Below are positions 9,771 to 15,036 of a DNA stretch of 15,036 nt, piece by piece. Every line of letters begins with the position of its first letter. Position 1 is the stretch's first letter. The stretch is taken from NCBI GenBank assembly GCA_965233585.1, contig CBDDTI010000680.1, forward strand, positions 1 to 15,036, written 5' to 3'. The notes beneath the pieces are model-generated. The model saw nothing but the letters and a program-made list of their open reading frames with translations, had not been told where the DNA came from and searched no databases. Position numbers and translations under genes: made by a program. This DNA comes from a bacterium (lineage in GTDB: Bacteria; SAR324; NAC60-12).

Positions 9771-10383
9771 GCTACCAAAATGATGGGATCAGAATCACAC
9801 TGCTTAACCGGATTACCTCGTTCCTACTTCTTGTTTTTCACGCCTACTTGCCTTAACAAATGGCAAGTCATATGCATAAATATTTAAGAAGGAAAATAGG
9901 AAAGGAGTCTCCCCTAAAAAAGAAAGCAAGTGTAGCAAGGTGTATAGAATGTGCTGGGTAAATAAGAGGAATTGTTAACCCACTGTGAGCACCTGTGGGT
10001 AGATCTTAAACTTACATATGGCAACTATAGAATGAAATTTTGCTTGAAGTTGTTCAATTTGTTCAGAATACTTCTTCAGCGACTGCGGAATTCAATGACA
10101 CATCATCGAATTTACCTTTCTGGACATCTCCCAATCTAGCCCAGCTTTAACCCCAAATTACAGGCAGGATGTTTAAGGCCCGATCTCGACAATCTGGTCA
10201 TTTACAATTCTGGTTGTTCTTTAGTCAGCCTGCAGTGAAACGCGAACAAATCATTTTCACCCTAGATAGAATGTACGAAAGCAAGAATCAGGAATCTGCA
10301 TCTGGTTTATTGATAGCTAGACTATCAACCTTGGCAATAAAATAAAGAAAGAGAGCAGAGAAAATGAAAAACTAAAGAAACGA

Positions 10384-10490
10384 AATTTCTTAACTTTTGG
10401 AAACAGAAAGGAGTGTTTCTAAATTGTCCTTAACGTAGCCATCTTTAGTTTTCCTTATCGCCGTTGGCTATGGCGCTTAAATAACCTATC
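10384..10490 (-). pseudogene. C-terminal part of a DIRS/Ngaro-like tyrosine recombinase
   Basis: Translates as DRLFKRHSQRR*(frameshift)KTKDGYVKDNLETLLSVSKS*EI. This matches the YR C-terminal pattern DRLFKRHGRWxSxxAKDGYV, with the catalytic Tyr codon at 10435-10437. Confidence 0.85.
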
Positions 10491-10641
10491 GCTAGAGATA
10501 ATCAAGGTAAGAGGACGAATCCTCCATATAGATCTTCTACCCAAGGTAATCCCTTTTGAGTTGTTTTTAGACATTGTACCTAGTCCTCCTCAGATATTAC
10601 TCACGCGGCGCGTTTATGGTGTCATAGAGGATCTGCTTATG

Positions 10642-10668
10642 TCGTTTCGTTTCGTTTCGTTTCGTTTC
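10642..10668. repeat. (TTTCG)n microsatellite, ~5 units
   Basis: tcgtttcgtttcgtttcgtttcgtttc. Confidence 0.9.
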
Positions 10669-10911
10669 AAAGCAAATGAAAACCTCCAATGCAGGGGAAG
10701 TGTTTTTTGATAATTTTATGACCTTCGGCTCTCGGCATGTTTTAATACATAATTAATACATCTCCTGTAGAAACAATAACTACTAAATAAACGGCAGAGA
10801 TATTTGGACAACCATGTACAAAGTAACAAACCCCCAAACACAAGCTAGGCGACCGAACAAACAGATGGTCGAAAGTACAGGGAGACGCTCGCTCCCCAAG
10901 CAGCAAAATGC

Positions 10912-11181
10912 AGTTTAAGCAGCAACGGCAGCAACGCCAAAGACAACGTCGATTAAATATTGACTTAATATCGCGAGAATTTAGATTTATTCAGTTTGTC
11001 TATACTGTCAGAAATATCTCAGAGAGAATATATAAGACTGCGTCAAAATTGGAAAAAGAAATTTCAAAAATGGACCTTCTGTAAACAACGGCAAAAAAAT
11101 GAACAAAGTATTACAACGCACACTAACACAACCATTGTAGTCGTTGCCCTTGGCGTTAAGGATTGTTCAATTGAACTCCCT
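10912..11181. mobile_element. Degenerate Harbinger-type MITE (agggagtttaagcaacgacg...aactccct family)
   Basis: Starts agtttaagcagcaacggcagcaacgcc and ends gtcgttgccc...aactccct|aa. It resembles an abundant coral MITE (recalled). The left terminus is eroded. Confidence 0.6.
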
Positions 11182-11199
11182 AAAAGAGAATAAACGGCG

Positions 11200-12020
11200 T
11201 AATAATAAACAAGCAACAATTTCTGCATTCTGATTGTCATTTAATCCCAAATCAGTGCGAAAAAATGTAATTGAGTACAAAAAAGCGTAACTGAGTGCAA
11301 AATAGTGTAATTGACTTCAAAAAAAGGTGTAATTGAGTTTGAAAATGATTGACAGCTCCTACTTTGAGCCCGGACAAACAAAATGGCGGACAAAGATTAA
11401 ACGAAGATTGAAACTCTTTATCTGCATTTCAATACAATTGACTCATAACGGAGCAAAATGCAAAGCTCTACAACAGTTACTAAACTAGTAAAAGCGGAGC
11501 AAATATACCCAAATCCATTCACTCAAGCTCAAGTTTATGTTTTTGACCTCACGGCTTTTCAAAAGCCGTGAGGTCAAAAACGTAAACTTGAGCTTGAGTG
11601 AATGGAAATGTGGCGGTCCCGATCACGACTGCATTACAAAATAACAGTTCAAAAAGTAAATTTTAAAATTCTTCAGTACCACGAAGTAAAACGCGAAGAA
11701 GGATCCAACAAGACGTCCTAAGAGCCTGCCACATCTTACTGACTTTTGACTTGAAGACGAAAAGTGCAAGCACGCTACTCTTGTGAAAGAACTGAAGCGG
11801 TGAGCTTAGAGATTAGAAAGGTCGTTCGATGTTCCCTAACAAAATGCGGTAAACACCTATAGTTCAAGAGGCAAATCTAACCTGTACAAGGTCCAGTGAA
11901 GAAGTTAAAGTTAGGCAGCTGGAGAGATTAACATGATGTCCTTCAAAGCTAAGAAATTCCGTTTCTTAGTAGATTTTAGCTTCGTTTCTCGGTATTTTAG
12001 TCAAAGCAACTTGTACCAGG
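11200..12020 (+). repeat. Interspersed repeat, copy 1 (truncated), in tandem with copy 2
   Basis: Colinear with 12023-12403 plus 13694-14100. Shared blocks include caagcaacaatttctgcattctgatt, gacagctcctactttgagc, gcattacaaaata, gaagacgaaaagtgcaagca and agattttagcttcgtttctc. Confidence 0.9.
11514..11606. repeat. 93-bp palindrome (46-bp arms, 1-nt loop at 11560, one mismatch)
   Basis: tccattcactcaagctcaagtttatgtttttgacctcacggctttt-c-aaaagccgtgaggtcaaaaacgtaaacttgagcttgagtgaatgga. Confidence 0.97.
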
Positions 12021-12099
12021 TTTAATAATATACAAGCAACAATTTCTGCATTCTGATTAGTTAAGAGCGTGTCAATTAATCCCAAATCAGTGCAAAAAT

Positions 12100-12170
12100 G
12101 TAAAATTGAGTGTAAAAAGGTGAAATTGAGTACAAAAAAGTGAAATTGAGTGCAAAACGGTGAAATTAAA
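12100..12170. repeat. ~20-bp tandem repeat (tgaaattgagtgcaaaaaag), 3-4 copies; paralogous array at ~11267-11345
   Basis: Seen directly in both repeat copies. Confidence 0.85.
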
Positions 12171-12651
12171 ATGCTTGACAGCTCCTACTTTGAGCTCGGA
12201 CAAACAAAATGGCGGACAGAAACTTAAGAATGTAACTGTAACTGTAATTAAAGACTGTAAGACTAAAAAAAATAAAGACTGTAACTCTTTATCTAAATTT
12301 CAACACGATTACTTCATAACAAAGCAAAGTGCAAAGCCCAAAAACAATAACTAAACTAGTAAAAGCTAAGTAACTATACTCAAAAGCCGCGAGGACAAAA
12401 ACATTAAAGGAGAACGGAAGGCGATAACCCAATTTTTAAAAAGCCGTTCTTACGAAAGCATATAATACGTCGTAATCAAATCGCTTTGTTTTAAGATGTG
12501 AAGTTACCTTTTAACCTCACTGTAACAGCAAAAAGCTCCGTACCAGAACAATTAGAACGTCCACCATTTTGGAAGCCATCTTGAAGGCTTGGGCGCCTAG
12601 TATGACGTCACTGCGCAACACGAAACGCGCTAAGACAACATCAGCTCCAAA

Positions 12652-12930
12652 ATCGTCGAATGTGCTGTGGTTGGGTGTTCAAACAAAACGCCCAGGGATT
12701 CCAAAAAATGGACAAGCTTTCATCGACCGCCCTTAAAAATGAGCCGCTTTTTAAGGAGTGGCTAGTGCGTACTAAAAAGGCAAATTTGCTCAAACTTGGC
12801 CAGTATCAAATCTGTTTGGAGCACTTTGAGAAGTTCCGAGCACTTGACATAAACCCACGAAAACTGTCTTTAGGACCGGACTTCTCGATGTAAACAAATC
12901 GGTTGAAAGAGAGGGTGCTATGTTATTCAC
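12652..12930 (+). pseudogene. THAP zinc-finger N-terminus of a Kolobok transposase (pseudogene)
   Basis: Translates as (I)VECAVVGCSNKTPRDSKKWTSFHRPPLK, then after a 1-nt frameshift in the A-run at ~12735-12739 as NEPLFKEWLVRTKKANLLKLGQYQICLEHFE. This is the C2CH THAP signature with the conserved F..P, W and CxxHF. RLKE.. lies near 12900. The start codon appears mutated to ATC. Confidence 0.88.
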
Positions 12931-13139
12931 CTAAGAGCCGGTTGGTCTGCCTCTATGTCTGAACCAAAATAATATGAACAGGTTATATCGCAACCAGGCA
13001 TTTCGCTGCCATTTGAGCTTGCAACTCACGCCACAACAAAATACGAAACAAATGAAATAAATCTCCGATTCTATGGCTGTTTATTATCTTCCTAGTGCCA
13101 AAATAATTGACATCTGCCGAATACAAAAGTAGTACTCAC

Positions 13140-13354
13140 CTAAAATTTTATTTACGGCGTCCTCGATCGATCTCCTTGCATCATAAACATTCTTTTTCTT
13201 GTTGCCCTTCTCAGTTCGCGATCACAGAACACTCGCATACACGCTACGACTTATTTCCTCTTCGGCGCTCATCTTGACTCTCGTGAACATCGTCTTCCTC
13301 TGACTCCGAACTTTTTCGCATGGATTCAAAAGAATAAGGCTTGATCTCAGCCAT
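13140..13354 (-). pseudogene. First exon of a KolX-like / P2X7-ballast-like Cys-rich protein (pseudogene)
   Basis: ATG at 13354 gives MAEIKPYSFESMRKSSESEEDDVHESQDERRRGNKS*RVCEC...; an alternative frame gives KECL*CKEI. The segment ends at a GTGAGT donor (13139-13134). It fits the pattern PYxFEP-acidic-RxGNxxWCxCxxC...ECxCCxEI. Confidence 0.72.
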
Positions 13355-13373
13355 AATCCAAGCAGTTTCGACT

Positions 13374-13411
13374 TAACCTGCGATCAGGTAGGGACGCCTG
13401 ATCGCAGGTTA
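13374..13411. mobile_element. 38-bp Academ-like micro-element with 9-bp TSD
   Basis: Perfect 15-bp TIRs taacctgcgatcagg / cctgatcgcaggtta around an 8-bp spacer. Exact direct repeats gtttcgact lie at 13365-13373 and 13412-13420. The TIR is 13/15 identical to that of the 6330 element. Confidence 0.88.
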
Positions 13412-14889
13412 GTTTCGACTCGACTCTTCACTTTTGTTGCCCCGAACTATGTATGTGTGCGCTGCGACGTCACAACATGGCGGCAGACATTCCTTTTATG
13501 GAAGTAACCGGAAGAAAAGATGTTCAAAATGGCGGACGTTCAATTTTGAAAATGACCACGGGTTTTGGGCTCTTTTCGACACTTTCGAAAGTCAAAATTT
13601 ACTTTTTCTTGCTTTTTACCTCAAATCTACGCTATTTCAATAGTTTTAAGCTTCCATATAAAATACGACTCCTAGGCTTCCGTTCTCCTTTAACTTGAGC
13701 CTGAGTGAATTGAAATATGCCGGAGTCCATCGCGACCGCATTACAAAATACCAGTTGAAAAAGTCGATTTTAATATTCTTTAGTGCCACGAAATAAAACC
13801 CGAAGAACGATCCAAGAAGACGTCCTAAGAACCTACTACATCTTACTTTTGAAGACGAAAAGTGCAAGCATTGTACTTTAGCGAAAGAACTGAAACGGCT
13901 GAGAGATTAGAAAGGTCGTTTCTCGACAAAACGCGGTAAACGCTTCAGGAGGCAAATCTAACCTGTTCAACGTCCAATGAAGAAGCTGAAGTCAGGCAGC
14001 AACCAGGAGAAGTTAATAAATGTCCTTCAGAGCTCAGAAAATCCGTTTTCTGGTAGATTTTAGCTTCGTTTCTCTGTATTTTGGTTTAAGCAACTTGTGC
14101 TGAGTTGAATCCCGGTAGTTTCTTCTCGGCGTAAACGCTGTAAACGTTAACACGGCTCACAGTTTCTCAACCACTTGAAAGACATTTGAGAAGAAAGCCG
14201 AATCTAATCCGCAGGCTATTGAGTTTTTTCTTTGCTTTGTGGTTCTCCAATATTCAACTGTGGGTAAAGACTGCTTTTCACAGTAAACGAAACTACCCAG
14301 TTTTCATACATGACTTGGAGAGAGTGAATGAATTTTTACGCTTGAATTCCCTTGTCAAATTTTCATCTAATAAAGTTTACGTGGAATGTTGCCTCCATTT
14401 GTCACGTAAAATACTGAAGAGTGACAGAAATTGTCACCTGTATATTATTACAAGTAATCATTTTTTTTTTTTTTTCAACTAGTGCAGTTTGGAATAAATA
14501 CGCACTCATAAATTTTTCAAAGGCTACAAATAGCACTTGCCCCAAGTGCTGGTGCTTATTTATTCCAAATTGCACTCGGAATCATTTGATTACCTATACA
14601 AATAATGAACAGCCAAAAGAGCACAAAACAAACGAAAGCCCAGCCAAACAGAAAGACGGCTGAGAGCGCAGAAAAAAATCTCTACTATGAAATAAAATTA
14701 AAATATATACAATGATGTTCCCGCCATTTCGTCTCAGGTAGTTTCGAGAAGTCAGTTCGGCCATCCACGCATCCCGCAGGTAATACCCGCGGAAGAACTG
14801 GGTATCACATCTAAAAATAACTTAGGAGGGATTACTTTGGTTAGAAGGCCTAAATGGGGGATTCACTCTCTTACCTTGATCTATTGCCC

Positions 14890-15036
14890 ATCGTTAACAC
14901 CTGCATTTGCAGCGGCGGTCCTGATCTAAGGCCATGGAGAACAAATAGTTTGGTACAAAAACCTAGTTGCGAAAATGCATCTTTAAGTACTTCCCGAGTA
15001 CGGGTATAAGAGATACCTGTGCTTCTTAATGTGCAA
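14890..15036 (-). pseudogene. Upstream part of the same DIRS/Ngaro-like tyrosine recombinase (runs off the window edge)
   Basis: Translates as TLRSTGISYTRTREVLKDAFSQLGFCTKLFVLHGLRSG(deletion/frameshift)TAAANAGVND. It contains the HxLRxG box II motif. Confidence 0.88.

Larger units (their letters stand above)
12408..13689 (+). mobile_element. Internally deleted Kolobok DNA transposon, 1282 bp
   Basis: TTAA TSD at 12404-12407 and 13690-13693, and perfect 13-bp TIRs aggagaacggaag / cttccgttctcct. The empty site is visible in copy 1 (aaaaacgtaaacttgagc). It carries convergent THAP and KolX-like remnants. Confidence 0.9.
12023..14602 (+). repeat. Interspersed repeat, copy 2, interrupted by Kolobok; ends in a hairpin terminus of a common anthozoan (possibly Crypton-type) repeat
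   Basis: Homologous to copy 1. taataatata (12023) is inverted with tatattatta (14441). A terminal hairpin tttggaataaata...tatttattccaaa (~14488-14569) is followed by gattacctatac. Confidence 0.7.
10495..14886. mobile_element. Unclassified insertion with ~120-bp diverged terminal inverted repeats, splitting the recombinase gene
   Basis: 10501-10619 is the reverse complement of 14761-14880 (20 differences in the first 89 aligned nt, ~78%). It is flanked by an imperfect 10-bp direct repeat: cctatcgcta (10485-10494) and cccatcgtta (14887-14896). The YR reading frame is contiguous across it. Confidence 0.75.

Noticed and set aside
9966..10140. EELLTHCEHLWVDLKL, reminiscent of a LINE APE endonuclease segment
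   Set aside because: A single short motif with no supporting downstream motifs (YRPP, GDFN).
10501..10619. Coding interpretation of the inverted repeat (SYLD like RT YLDD; SKNNxxG like Crypton YR)
   Set aside because: The frames contain stops or lack further motifs, and substitutions between the two copies show no clear codon-position bias.
11267..12170. ~20-bp periodic repeats as a CRISPR-like array
   Set aside because: The units are directly adjacent with no unique spacers, there are no cas genes, and the context is eukaryotic.
13434..14663. Short ORFs 13434-13643, 13453-13698, 13646-13867, 14186-14482 and 14421-14663
   Set aside because: They lie in or cross transposon termini, have low-complexity composition and show no domain signatures.

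Overview
AT-rich eukaryotic genomic DNA, most likely from a cnidarian such as a stony coral (inferred from the GPCR subtype and repeat families recognised from memory, not from a search). The only convincing intact gene is an intronless class A GPCR on the minus strand (8426-9394). The rest is a dense set of decayed transposons. (i) PIF/Harbinger-like ends, one carrying a frameshifted Cys-rich zinc-finger remnant, plus a near-perfect 595-bp palindrome (1206-1800). (ii) A 1.69-kb AcademH-type element with TIRs, an exact 9-bp TSD and a decayed RecQ-like helicase (6330-8019). (iii) A five-level nest. A DIRS/Ngaro-like tyrosine recombinase gene is split at ...AGVND|RLFKRH... by a 4.4-kb insert with ~120-bp inverted ends (10495-14886). 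That insert holds a tandem pair of repeats. One repeat is interrupted by a Kolobok element (TTAA TSD, THAP remnant and convergent KolX/P2X7-ballast-like remnant), which itself carries a 38-bp Academ-like micro-element with a 9-bp TSD. There is no evidence of rRNA, tRNA, CRISPR or a prokaryotic system. The best candidates for something undescribed are the unclassified inverted-repeat element, the 38-bp micro-transposon and two palindromes with 1-nt loops, one of which a paralogous copy in the window suggests arose de novo.
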